From positions 401,453-465,452 of the forward strand of contig NIVC01000708.1 in NCBI GenBank assembly GCA_002269645.1: DNA of 64,000 nt, read 5' to 3'. Under the pieces are notes generated by a model. The model did not search any database. It saw nothing but the letters and a program-made list of their open reading frames with translations, and was not told the origin of the DNA. This stretch comes from Macrostomum lignano (Eukaryota). Of the stretch, positions 1-12,414 are shown piece after piece; within the stretch, counting starts at the first letter, position 1; every line of letters begins with the position of its first letter. A program made the translations under genes and the position numbers.

Positions 1-2779
1 TGCTGCATCTCAACGCCGCGCACCTTGCACAGAGTGAGCAGAGTGTAGAATTTGGCGGCTGCCGCCTTTCGCCCATTGCCGATAGTGAGCTCGGACACGG
101 TGCACGGCTCGGCCGCTGACCGGCCTTCCAGACGCAGCTGTAGAACCTTCAGCATGGCCGCGCCGCGTCGTTCGGTGCGCGCCTCCTCGGTGGCCTCTTC
201 AACATCCTCGCAAGTGATCTGGCGGTCGAGATCCTCTTCGGCAGACAGGCCGGTGGGGTTGAAGACGCTAGGCGGGCCGCCAACTTGGTCAACAATGTCG
301 GTGTCGCCGTGGTGGAAGGGGAACGGCGTGTGGACGCTGCCGTGCAGCGGCACGGAGGCCGGGATGAGCGGCTGGTCAGCCGGAGCGGAGGAGGCGATCA
401 GCGGGTCCGTGTTGGTGCTGATGAGGCCGTGGCTAAGCTCCTCGCGGATCGGTGTCATGGCGACGCTCTCGTGATGCTGATGATGGTGATGATGCGGCGT
501 CTCGCTAGTGATGAGCTCTTGAAGGTCGCGCATGTCAGCGTCCTCGTCTTCGGCGGCGGCGGCGGCAGCAGCAGCCGCAGCGTCGGCACCACTGGCGGCC
601 GGGCGGGTGCGCGCGTTCTGAGCAAAGAGGCGCAGTAGGCGGTCGCTGAGATGGAGGCGGGCCGTGTGCGACAGAAGCCGGTCAACGCTGCCGGTCTCCT
701 TCCACTGCATGAGCTTCTTAGTTGGCGGGGCCAAGTCCAGCACGGTGACGATCTCGGACGTGTCCTGCATGTGAGCCTTCATCAGCTCGGACGGGATCGA
801 TTTCTGGTCGTCAATAATGAGGCGACGCCGGCGTGCCCGACGAGCGGTCACGTGGCTGCGCACGCTGGGCTCGGACGGGCCGCTGGCTCCTTGCTGGTGA
901 TGCTGACCGGCCTGCTGGTGCTGCTGGTGCTGATGGCTGCCGACAGCCGACGCAGATGAAATGTCCGGCAGCGGCGGCAGGGCGTACCGGGACTCCTGCT
1001 CGCCAACGACGCTACTGGGAGCCGTTGGCTGAGGCTGAGGCTGCAGGTCGATTTCGGACAGCACGTTTTCGAAGTGCCGCTTAGTGGTCAGATCGTCGAA
1101 TAGGTCGGTTGGCTCGAAGTCGCCGCCGAAGCCGTCCTCGTCGTCGTCATCGTCTCCGGCGGGGCCGGCCAGCAGGCCGATTTCGTCGGCGGCGTTCTCC
1201 ATGTCCACCAGGGTGCTGTCCTGGTGCTGCTGGTTAGAGTGCCGGCCGCGGCCGATGCTGCCGATGTCGTCAGCCTGGCCGGTGCTGTTGGCGCCCTGCC
1301 AGATTTTTAAGGGCGGTGCGGATTAGCGAATAGAGACATGGATAAGTCAGGATTATGGGGAACTCCTGGAGACTGATTGCTAAGGCTTATAGCAGAGGCC
1401 ACGTCTTCTTTCCAGGCGTCAGATGGGGATCAAAGGATAATTATTTTCAGGGGTAAGAGGGAGGTTCGCAATGGGGCCAGAGGGCAATTTCTAATGAGGT
1501 CAGAGGGCGATTTCTAATGAGGTCAGAGGGCGATTTCTAATGAGGTCAGAAGGCGGTTCCTAATTGGGTCAGAGGACGGTTCCTAATTGGGTCAGAGGGC
1601 GGTTCCTAATGGGGTCAGAGGACGGTTCCTAATTTGGTCAGAGGGCGGTTCCTAATGGGGTCAGAGGGCGATTCCTAATGGGATCAGAGGGCGGTTCCTA
1701 ATGGGATCAGAGGACAGTTTCTAATGGGATCAGATGACAGTTTCTAATGGGATCAGAGGACAGTTTCTAATGGGATCAGAGGACTGTTCCTAATGGGGCA
1801 GAGGGCGGTTCCTAATGGGATCAGAGGACTGTTCCTAATGGGGCAGAGGGCGATTCCTAATGGGGCAGAGGGTGATTCCTAATGGAGTCAGAGGGTGATT
1901 CCTAATGGGGTCAGAGGGCGGTTCCTAATGAGGTCAGAGGGGGGTTCCTAATGGGGTCAGAGGGCGGTTCCTGATGAGGTCAGAGGGCGGTTCCTAATGA
2001 GGTCAGAGGGCGGTTCCTAATAGGATCAGAGGACGGTTCCTAATGTGGCAGAGGGTGATTCCTAATGGAGTCAGAGGACGGTTCCTAATGGGGTCAGAGG
2101 GCGGGGGTTCATGCTATAGAAGATAGGAGTAATGAAGAAGCCAATCGGCGATAATGAGGCAGAACTGTCAAACTGAGTGCCAAAACAGTTACTAATTAGT
2201 GCTCTGGCCCCATCATAGCTACAAATAAAGTACCTGAGAGTACAGGCTCTCTGCGCCGGCGTCTCGCATAGTTTCCAGGGCCGCCTCGCCGAAATCGTCG
2301 TCAGGCCGGCCCAGATTGATCTCGGCCTCGCCGGCGTCCAGCTCCTTCATGGTGATGTCCTCGGGCCGGCTGGTGTGCACCACCGGCACGCTGAGCTGGT
2401 CGGCAATGTGGGTCAGATCCTCGGACTCGAAGTCCTGCAGATTGTCTGGCAGGGTGATGGCGGCGGCGGCAGCCTCTCGACTCTTCTCTGGCAGGTCGAC
2501 GGCGCCCGGCCGGAAGGCCATCTTGATCTTGACGTAGGCCTCGTTACAGTCGGCCAGGAGGTACTTGGCCTTGCGATTGTAGATTTTCACAACGCCAAGC
2601 AGCAGATGGCCGGATGTGCGCAGAGCCATTTTCACCTTGGGCTCGAGGATGGCCTCAACGCTAGACGAGATGTTAGTCTCAAACACGTGAGCCTTGGTGA
2701 GCTTTTTGTCCCAGTGGGCGGCCAGCCAGATTTTGGCCAGCGGGCCCTTCTTAGTCAGCACGAAATGCGCGTAGAACAT
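1..2779 (-). CDS. RAD21: Cohesin kleisin subunit Rad21/Scc1; exons 2779-2234 and 1295-<1 (3' end just outside window)
   Basis: N-terminus [37 protein letters not shown] is the Rad21/Rec8 N-terminal domain. Donor CAG|GTACTT at 2234/2233, acceptor ctggcag|GGC at 1296/1295. Exon 2 reads open to the window edge, with the central [12 protein letters not shown]...[15 protein letters not shown] motif and the C-terminal winged helix [12 protein letters not shown]. Confidence 0.96.
1485..2098. repeat. 23-bp minisatellite (GGTCAGAGGGCGGTTCCTAATGG variants) in RAD21 intron 1
   Basis: About 26 degenerate tandem units read directly from the sequence. Confidence 0.95.
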
Positions 2780-5718
2780 GGCGGCGCCGACTCAATGAAG
2801 CTGCAAGTGGGCCATTTTTAAAGGCGTTTCAGAGCTGCCATTAGTGATGAAACAATTAATAAATGAAAGAAATAATCAAGTTCCTAAGCTAGTTTTTTGC
2901 TAGAACCATGGTTACAGTATTGCAAGCACACTCCTAAGTGTCAGCGCAATTAATAATGAATGAGCAGTCTGGGGTCCAACTTCAGGGTATCAAAATTAAA
3001 GTTAACGAGTCATGGCAAAAACTAGCAGAAAAACCTATTATTAGCTAAACATAGGATAGGGATGCCCCTAGTGCTGATGTGCAGCTTTAATCTACCCAGG
3101 TGCTGCCTGGAAAAATCTAGCTCTCAAAATAGTTCATAATTAGCCCAAAACATGTCATCTACATGTAGCATGTATTATTAATGACATTATTGATATACAT
3201 TTTACAAGATAATAATATATATATGCAAATTAGTAATGTTTTAGTAAATTAAAGAAATACTTAAAATTCAAAAGGCACTTTTTTCCTAAAAAGTTTTGAC
3301 TGATACAATGGAAAGTGGCAACACAATGGTTGGCTATGGTCAACTTCTTGTGTGTAAAAAGGGAATGTGTGAACTGGAAAATGTGACCAAGGGATAAAGG
3401 CTCATTAGATTGATTACCTTGTTGGGTTAAATAATAATCTTAGAGAAAAAATGCTATTTTTACAAAAAGAAATATTTATCATCACTGTTATATGAAAGTT
3501 TTTATTATAATTATTCCATATAGAACTTTAAAGAGAATATTTAGGGAAATTTTCTGCCATAGCCTTGTTGACCATATGCAGTGGGGATTGCCCAAAGATG
3601 TTATTACCTATGCCACTCTCAATGCCACAAATGTGATTATCATGCTGGCCTTTGGCAATGTCATTTACCAGGTTGGGATAAAAACACAATGGCAGAATCT
3701 AGCAAGGAGCTTATAATTGGCTAGCAGCTTTGACCATCTGCGGGACCCCTAGACCTAGCTTTGCTGCAGGTCTACATTGCATCAAGATTAATGGTAGTGG
3801 TAGGATTACTTTATGACAATCTATAAGGTAGCTTGAATTTGAGTTTAACAAATCTGTATTTATATAGGAACATAACATTTTACCTATCAAAGGTCATGCT
3901 AATAGGCAATAGCTAGACTAGCTAGCTTAAGCTAGAGGTTGCCAGAAAGATTACTAGCCTGAAGTTGGTTTCATTGTCCAAGCTAGCTAATCTCATGCTA
4001 TATATATGTTATGACCAACCCTGGAAACCAATTTGTTGCCACTATCAATGAGGTTGCAATTTACTAGTCATTTTATTATTACCCTAGGTTTATAACCTAG
4101 TAGGAAAGGAGACCTATGCCTTTTTTATATTGCTTTACAATACAGTGTTATAGGTATAAGGATGCATATATAGCTTTTGCATATATAGCTTATGTTTCCA
4201 TAGGGTACTACTATTTTTACCCTCAGTCTAAGGCAATGTAGTATACTATTAGTAAGGTAGTTAATAAGTTAGTTTACAAATTAGGTAGTAAGTTAGAACA
4301 AAGGAAAAACACCAGTAAACTTCATATCTCATATTTTATACTCTAAATCTAATACACTGATATGCCATTGTATTGGCAATGCCATTCAGAATCAGACCAG
4401 CAAGAGACAAGCACTGAGATGTTGATCTTGACAATAATAACAATGTTGAGCCACAAGCAATGAATGAAGCAAGTACCATTACAAAGAAAACTTTTAAAGA
4501 AAAAGTCTTCTCAATAACTTTCTAGAAAAAATAAACCTTTCATTTTTAATAAGACATTGAGGCCAAGATCAAGGAGCTAGCAGCTTCCCTACATTGCTCT
4601 TTTGTTATCCAGATCAGGTGGTGAATATACCCATGCCTTGTTGACTACTGTCTGGATGCTAAGCATGATGTAGGTCTTCTGTCAGTCTTATTAGGCACAC
4701 ATAGGTTGGATGTGGCATAGTTTGAGCAAGAGGCCCTAAATCTGACATAAACAGCTGCTAAGCAAAAGCATCTATAAACTTGATCTAATTATGTCAAGTA
4801 AGCTTGTCTAGGGCTTTGTCAAGACTCAAAGTTTAAACACCAAGTGAATAGAATTTCTTTGGGAAGGAGAGGGATAAATTCTTTATAGTCTTATTGTTAA
4901 AAGTCAATTCACTAAATAAGCTAAGGTGCTAACTACTTTCACATACCCAAAACTAAATATCTTAGAAACTTCAAAGTCTAAAAACTTTATATCTATTATA
5001 TTTTGGGATTGTAAAAGCAGTTTCTTTCCATATAAATATAAAGGTATATTAGACACTTTTTTGGAGATATAAAAGCTATTTATTTGTTGTGCCAATTATG
5101 TGACTCTTTCTTAGCCCCATTGTTTGTTATAACATTTAAAAAACAACACAAATGTAACCATTTCTAGGTGCTTCTTTTGAGCAAAGGGTGCCAAACCTGG
5201 CTGCAACTGCCTATCATTAGCTGCATTGTGCATATTTTGATTGCAATACCATAATATCTTGCTAACCTGACACTATGGGTTACAGGCACCATATATCTAG
5301 CATCAATTTCATAGCAACAATAGACAAGACAACACTTTACTAGTTGTTCTATATGGAACCTGCCATTTAATAGCATGCTTTCTTAATTAGATAATTAAAT
5401 TTAATTGTATGGATTATTTTAGAGGCTGAATATACATTAGTTAAAAAGTCTATCAATGCTTGACCAGTGCTCTTAGAAAGTATTAACAATCAGAAATAAA
5501 CTTCTAATGAGATTAGAAAGAATATCATCTCTATCACAGCAGCAGGAAATCAATTCCATAGGGACAAAAATTCTAGTGATGGACATGGATGGCTTTATAT
5601 AAAATTGTTTTTGAAGTTTGTATGAAGTTTGTATGACTATGAAATGTCTATAAAATTAAAAAAATATCCTTTATAAACTGCTATTTGTACTGTTTTTAGA
5701 GCTGCTTTATTATATACT

Positions 5719-8345
5719 ACAAGCTATTGAAACCCGTGGATTTTGAACCCAAGGAACTCCAATTCCCAGAAATATTTGTGCATGTGCTCTAAGATCTGAG
5801 GCCATACTCAAACAAAAACTTTTTAATAGTAGGATAGAGGTAAACAAAATGGAGTACATTTGTGTAAAATAAGGATTTGAGGCAAACATTGATATTGTTG
5901 GCTGGGGTGCTTTTTACTTTAAATAGGCAATTGTCTGTCTGACTCTAAAACATGTATTGGCAAACTCTGGCCTCTGCCTCTGACTCTCCCTATGTCCCTT
6001 GGATCCTTTGAAACTTCTATCTTCTCTTCTGTTTCCTCTTCTCTCTTGTCCCTTGTCTCTCCTCTCTGCTCTCTCTCCTCTCCTCTTTTCTCTCTTTCCT
6101 CTCTCTCCTTTCTCTTGTATCTTCCCTCATTTCTCTTCTTTTTCATCTCTCTTATCTCATCTCTTTTCTCTTCTTTTCTCTTTCCTCTCCTCCTACTCTT
6201 CTCTTATCTTTTCCTTCACCTCTCTTCTTTTGTCTTTATTTGCTCTCTGATCTCTCTTTTCTCTTCTTTCTCTTCTCTTTTATCTCTTTTCATTTCTCTC
6301 TGCTTCCCCCCCTCTCTCTCTGCTTCCCCCCCCTTTTTCTCTGCTTCACCCTCTCTCTTATCTCTCCTCTCCCATCTTTCTTCTCCTCTCTACTCTCTCC
6401 CCTCCATTCTCCTCTTTTCTCTCCTCTTGCCTCACTCACTTCTCTTTCCCCTTGTCTCTCCTCTTGTCTTTGTAATCTCTTTTCTCTCCTCTGTTCTCTC
6501 AACTCTCCCATCTCTTGTCTATTCATTTTTGTCTCTGCTCTCAGCTCATCCCCTTCTTTTATCCGTCATCTTAACTGTCTTATATGTTCTTTCATTCTGT
6601 CATCTGTACTCTTTTCTTTCAACTCTTTTGTCTCCTCACTTTCCTTTCTCCTTTCTTCTCTTCTCCTCTCTTCCCTTATCTATATACTCTTTCCCTCTCT
6701 TGTCTCGTCTCTTCTCTCTCCACTCTCCTTTATCTCTCATCTCTCATTTCTCATCTCTCCTTACACCTCTCTCATATGTACAACCTTATCTATTCTCTCT
6801 TCCATTTACTCTCTCATCTCTCCTTTCTCTTCTTTACTAATTCCTCTCTGCTCTCCCCTCATCTGCAGCTCTCTGCTCTCTCTTCTCTCTCTTCTCCACT
6901 TGCTACTCTACCCTCTCCTCTCTACTTGCTCCTCTACTCTCTCCTCTCTACTTGCTCCTCTCTACTCTCTCCTCGACTCTCTTCTTTACTCGCTCCTCTA
7001 CTCTCTCCTCTCTACTCTCTCCTATCATTATCCTCACTCTTTTATCTCTCCTATTATCCTTTATCTTTTCTCTTATTCCCTTTCTCACCTTTCCTCTCTT
7101 TTCGAATAGTCTATTCCTTATTCTCTCCACTCCGAACTGCCCCTCAGCCATGAGCTGGATTCTTTATCTGGCCTTTGAGGTAAAAGTCTGTCTTTTCCTG
7201 CTTGGAAATCCAGTTTGTAGGATGTAGTACTCTCATGGCTATTCTCATGATTTGATCATGTTATCTTTCTTGCCAATTTGCAAGCCCTGAAAAGAATTTG
7301 TGTATCTTCAACTCAACTGCAGTCTGCATTAGTCTAACAACCAAGGAAATATGCATTTCTTAGGAGGCCATTTAAATTTTAAAGTACCTTTAGGAGAAAC
7401 CTTGAATTTCCATAGTGACTAATTTAATAGGGTTGTATATTGTATTGCTTTGCATTGTTTTTTCATAAACCTTTTGCTTTTACAAAGGATGCTAGATTGT
7501 CTTGTTTGCCAATTGCCATCCACCATTAAACTGCTGCAGAATTTGCCTATACAAAGGACAGTGGTTAGAATTTCTCACTAAACTGTTATTCATGGCTAAA
7601 CGTAGCCTCTTTACTCTCAGGGTGCAAAGAAGGCTTTAAAAAAGTTATTCTAAAACACTGTACATTGCCATGTACATTCAGCCTTATCGCCTGACCCTTG
7701 GTCTGGCTCTGGGGGAATGAGTGAGTTGAGTGGCACAAACCACAGAAAAAGCAGACAAAATTCACTTGCTTATAGTTTCTGTTCTAATTTGTTACAGAGT
7801 TAAAACTTTATATTTTGATAGAGAATGAGTAAATAAAGAACTGTGTCAAGTTTAAAGTCAATTGCTTCATGTGGAGCAAACTTATGGCAGCAGAAAGTTA
7901 GTCAATTTTGAAACCCCTTTTACATATCTGGGCCCAGATCGGGAAAGAGAGGCAGGCAGGGAGTTTGGGGTGGCTGCCTTGCTGAAAAAAACAGCCTAAC
8001 TTTAAAAGTGCACAGCACCATTTAGGATTAACTTTGAGACTCAAAATGATTGTGCCAAAATAGTTGAAGATTGTCTGTGTCAAATTTGAAGAGAATTGGT
8101 AGAAATGGAGTGGCACTATGGAGGATTTAATGAAAAAATTGTGCATTTTGAGCAGTTTTTTATACTATTAGGTAGAAAGACTTGAGTCTAGGAAATTTAA
8201 AGGTAGCCTAAGACATTCTCTGTAGTAAGTTTAGGGTAGGTGTAAAGTTCGGTGTAATTTGGTTTAGCAGTTTGGGAGTCCATAGCAATCAAAATTGTAT
8301 ATACACAGACACATAGACAGATTTTTGATTTTTATATATAGAGAT
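5719..8345 (+). mobile_element. Non-autonomous Helentron/DINE-1-like (HINE-type) element with CT-rich core, copy 1
   Basis: Collinear with 26261-29373. Starts ACAAGCTATTGAAACCCGTGG and ends (ACAG)n-like ...TTTTATATATAGAGAT. No TSD seen; internal polypyrimidine tract at 5990-7140. Family assignment is inferred from the terminal style. Confidence 0.65.
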
Positions 8346-11300
8346 AAGGCACAATTGCTAACAAGCCTTAGGTTCTAAATGATTTATTTAGTTTTTATAA
8401 TAGTATAGTACATTCATAACACTTTAGCTATTTTAAAAGGGACTGACTACATGCTAATATAAATGCTAATCCTAAATTATTGAATTTCTTATTATTCTCA
8501 AAAAGGATTTTTCTAAAACGTTTTAAAGGATATAAATGAAAAACAAATGGATAAAAAGGCAAGATCTTTTGCCAGTAGTATAATATGTGTATATACCAAT
8601 AGCAGTTCTACTAATCCTATATTTATAAAATAAAAACTTTGCACAATAAGCTCATTATAAATAGAGCTTTGCTACATTTTGGAGAAAAAAAATTTTTTTG
8701 CTTACTTGCAATTTTATTATATCCTCAAATATATGATTCTCATAAACTTTTATTATTATTATTTTATCCTTTTTAGTAAATTCTCTATCTAATGAAGATA
8801 AAAGAATATGGAAAAAGGTGATTTTATAGATTCTATTATTCAAGTCAATTCTAAAATGAAATAAAAAATATATAACATATCAAGAGTCTGTCATATCTTA
8901 AATATGTTAAGAATAAATCAAAAAAAAATTATTCTAAATATTTGAGGTAAGAAATATTATGTCAAATAAGGCTAAAACCTTGTTTATAGTTGTATTATAT
9001 AATAAAAAGATGATATATGCTAGCAAAAACTAGCAAAAGCAATGGATAAATAGTTGTATTTACCAGACAATTCTTATATATTATAAGTACTAGGCCTAAT
9101 TGTTTGTTTTACATTGTTTAATTATTTGATATTGTTATAAATAAATTGTTTAAAATATATACATCTAATGTGTATATAAATAGTTTAATAAGTTTAATAT
9201 GGAAAATTTCATATTGACTCCCATATTAAATTTCATATTGAAATGTGCAATGTATATTAATGTGGAACTTAATATAGTTTTATCTTGTAGAACCAAAGTT
9301 ATAACATGTATACTATAGAAGTGGTTAATAGTTTCTAGGAATGTAATAGTTTGAATCTGTGCTATTAATTTGTTTTACTCTACAAAATATTCTATATATT
9401 CTGTATATTCTTAATATTTGATATTTGTTAAAAATACACACATTTGGACAATATAAATAGGAGCAGGCTAAGAGAGAGAAGAGACAACTTGTGCACTTGT
9501 ATAACTTGTAAGTTCACTTGTTTGAAAGCTATAACTTATAACTTATAGTATAAGCTTAAACCTTGTTTAAATACTTATTCTCAGATCATAGCTTATTTTA
9601 TTCTAAGAAGTATTGAGTGTTAGAATTAGAAATCAGGGATTCATATAAAGAGAGTACTAAGAATAATTGCTATGACCCTATAATCTTGGTAATGCCCAGA
9701 CTGGAGAAAGAAAGTACATATACCAGTAAGACCACTCAGGCCACATACTAAGAACATATACTAAGAATGCTATCAGAATGCTACCAAGAATGCTAGGCCT
9801 ACCTAGAAATATATAAGATTCTAAGAAATGGTTAGAAACATTAAATCAAGATTTATTGTTAGCAGTAAAAGTTTAATAGAGGGAAATTAAAGCCTTGTTA
9901 CAACTTTGGTAGGATAATTGGAGGACAGAAGTAAGCCCTACGACAACTTTGGTGGCTAATTAGTAAGATATTAATAGAGAAGCTCACCCCTAGCACAATA
10001 CTAATAATGCAAAATTAAAAAAAATAATTATCATTCTAGAATATGCTTACTATGGTCTACTTAGACTAGCATTTGATTGCTTTAGATTATAAAAAATCTA
10101 AATAAATAGGCCTAATTAATTAGAAAATTGCAATATTAGGCCTACCTATTTTAGTATGATCTAAGTAGGCCTAACTAAAAAACATTTACATAAATAGCTT
10201 ATACCATGCACCTAGCTATAGTATAGAAAGATAGATATACAACTGAAATTTCTATTGTATACTGAGACTGAGACTAGCTATTGTACATATTATTAATACA
10301 TCATTCATTTTTGCAAGGGCCCTTTGTTGTAGGCCTAAGCTAATATTTATGACAATACAGTATGAGAAAAAATAAAATAACATACTTAACAAAAGCTATT
10401 TTACTAGGCTTATTAACAATATCAATCTAAGTAAAAATCTAACCAAGGCCTAACATTTCGTTATTTGTATTTCTGGGCCTGTGCTGTGAAGTATTTTTAC
10501 CACGTAAAAAATAGAACTAAATCATTTTGATGAAAACACCCTTGATGATGTGTCACACAGCTGCATAATGTTGCGTGTAAAAAATAGTTCGATTAGTTTT
10601 TGGCCCGTCGAAGACAAACTAGACAAAGTCGTCAAAAATCAAAATAATCGATAATTTTTCTTTTTCAAAATATATATATTTCGTTTTCTAAAAAATTGTG
10701 AACTGAAAATACTCTGGTCAAAAACGTTTCAAGGTACGCACTTAAACACACACTAAGAATTTTAATCGTATTTTTTAGTACTATTAACATTGTTGAAAAT
10801 ATTTAAAGCATAAAAAATATGATTGCAGTTAGACAGATGTAAAACATGACAAAAAAATTGTGGCTTGGGCAACTTTTTTTAAATACAAGGAAATGCGTAG
10901 CATTTTTTTCCGAGTTCGAGTCTCAAAGTAGAGGATAATATATAAATTAACTATCTTAATCTCACTGTCACTGGCTTACTGCCCAGTGATAAAAAAACTG
11001 GAATGAAATTACAAATTCTTTTTTTGGCAATATAATTTTAAGTATTAGGCCCTACTCACAGTATCGCTTTAAATTCGTCAGTTTATTAGTTATTTTATTT
11101 ATGATAGACTGATAGTTAAAATTGAAATGATGGATGGATCGGATGCGGGATGTCGAATTACTGAATTTTTGCTTTGAACTTTGACCCTTTTAGATTAAGA
11201 TCAAAATGTTAGTAGTTTTGTTTCTTTTACATTTAATTAAAATATTTTCATTGTATTTTTTAACTAGTTAAAACATTATAATATTTTTTAAACTTTAGTC

Positions 11301-12414
11301 TCTAGTGGTAGTAGTACTAGCAGTACAGTAGTAGTAGCAGTAGTTAGGCCTAGGATTGGCTTAGTAAAAACACAAAACAGCCTGGTTAGCCAATATAAAA
11401 ATTATATTTAAGTATTTTTAGAAGTAATAAAAGTTAGTAATACAAATGGATATTTTCTATAAATTGTTATTGCATTTGCAATTGTTTTATAATTGCATTT
11501 ATATAAAAATTTAGATTTTGAGACAAATAAGTATGATTATGATTAGCAGTAAAAAATGAAATTTAGTATAATAAAATCTATCAATATCAATTTGGTTTTC
11601 ATTTATAGTTAAAAAATAAAAAAGGTAAATTAATATTTTGAGACTATCAAGATAATATTAAAAAGACAACTTATACAATATAAATTTTTATAAAATCATA
11701 TATATATATATAACTTTTTAATAGTAGCACAAATTAATAATACATGGAAATAATGCTAATTTTATATTAATATATCAATGCCTTATGAAATTTGGATGTT
11801 TGCATCAAATAAAAATATGAATTAATAAAATTGTAATTATAAGTATAAATTAATATTATATGTATATTGAATATAAAAAGCAACATAAGCCAAAAATAGC
11901 ACAAAATTTAATGGGTTGCAGAATATAAGAAAAAATACAAAATTGTATAGCCAATAGTAGTTATAAGCAACAAATAAAAAAGAAAAAAGAAGAAGTCTAT
12001 ATTAGAGGTCAATAGTTTAAAATATTTAGCTTTGAGCATATTGCAAACTATTAAGAAGTTTAAACACTTGAAGTTCAAACTTTTAAACTATGAATAGCAG
12101 TTGTATTGATTATAGTATTCTGTTATTCTAGATTAAGTCAATTGCTCCTAAGCTCAAAGTGACTAAAAAATCTATATATATATATTGTATATTTATAGTG
12201 ACCTATTCCTAGTATGAGAAATAAAAATAATGCAAAAACCAAATATTTTATAGCTAGTGCAAAAAGTTCTGCATTGTTGTAAGATAAATATAAGTCGATT
12301 GTCTTGGATCTTAGCAAGGTCCTAGTTTAGTGGGTATAGAAAAGCTTTATTCTTTATCCTCTGTGTAGTCCAGTACCCATAGACTGCCAGGCCGCCACAA
12401 CCTTTGCATGTCTA

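Noticed and set aside
5992-7153. Leu/Ser/Phe-rich 'membrane protein' ORFs (also 26418-27223 and 45243-45792)
   Set aside because: These are translations of CT-rich low-complexity cores of a dispersed repeat; all frames are open and there are no conserved motifs.
8400-12300. Hidden gene or organellar insertion in the very AT-rich stretch
   Set aside because: No ORF with recognisable motifs and no rRNA/tRNA-like sequence was seen; it looks like decayed intergenic or intronic DNA.
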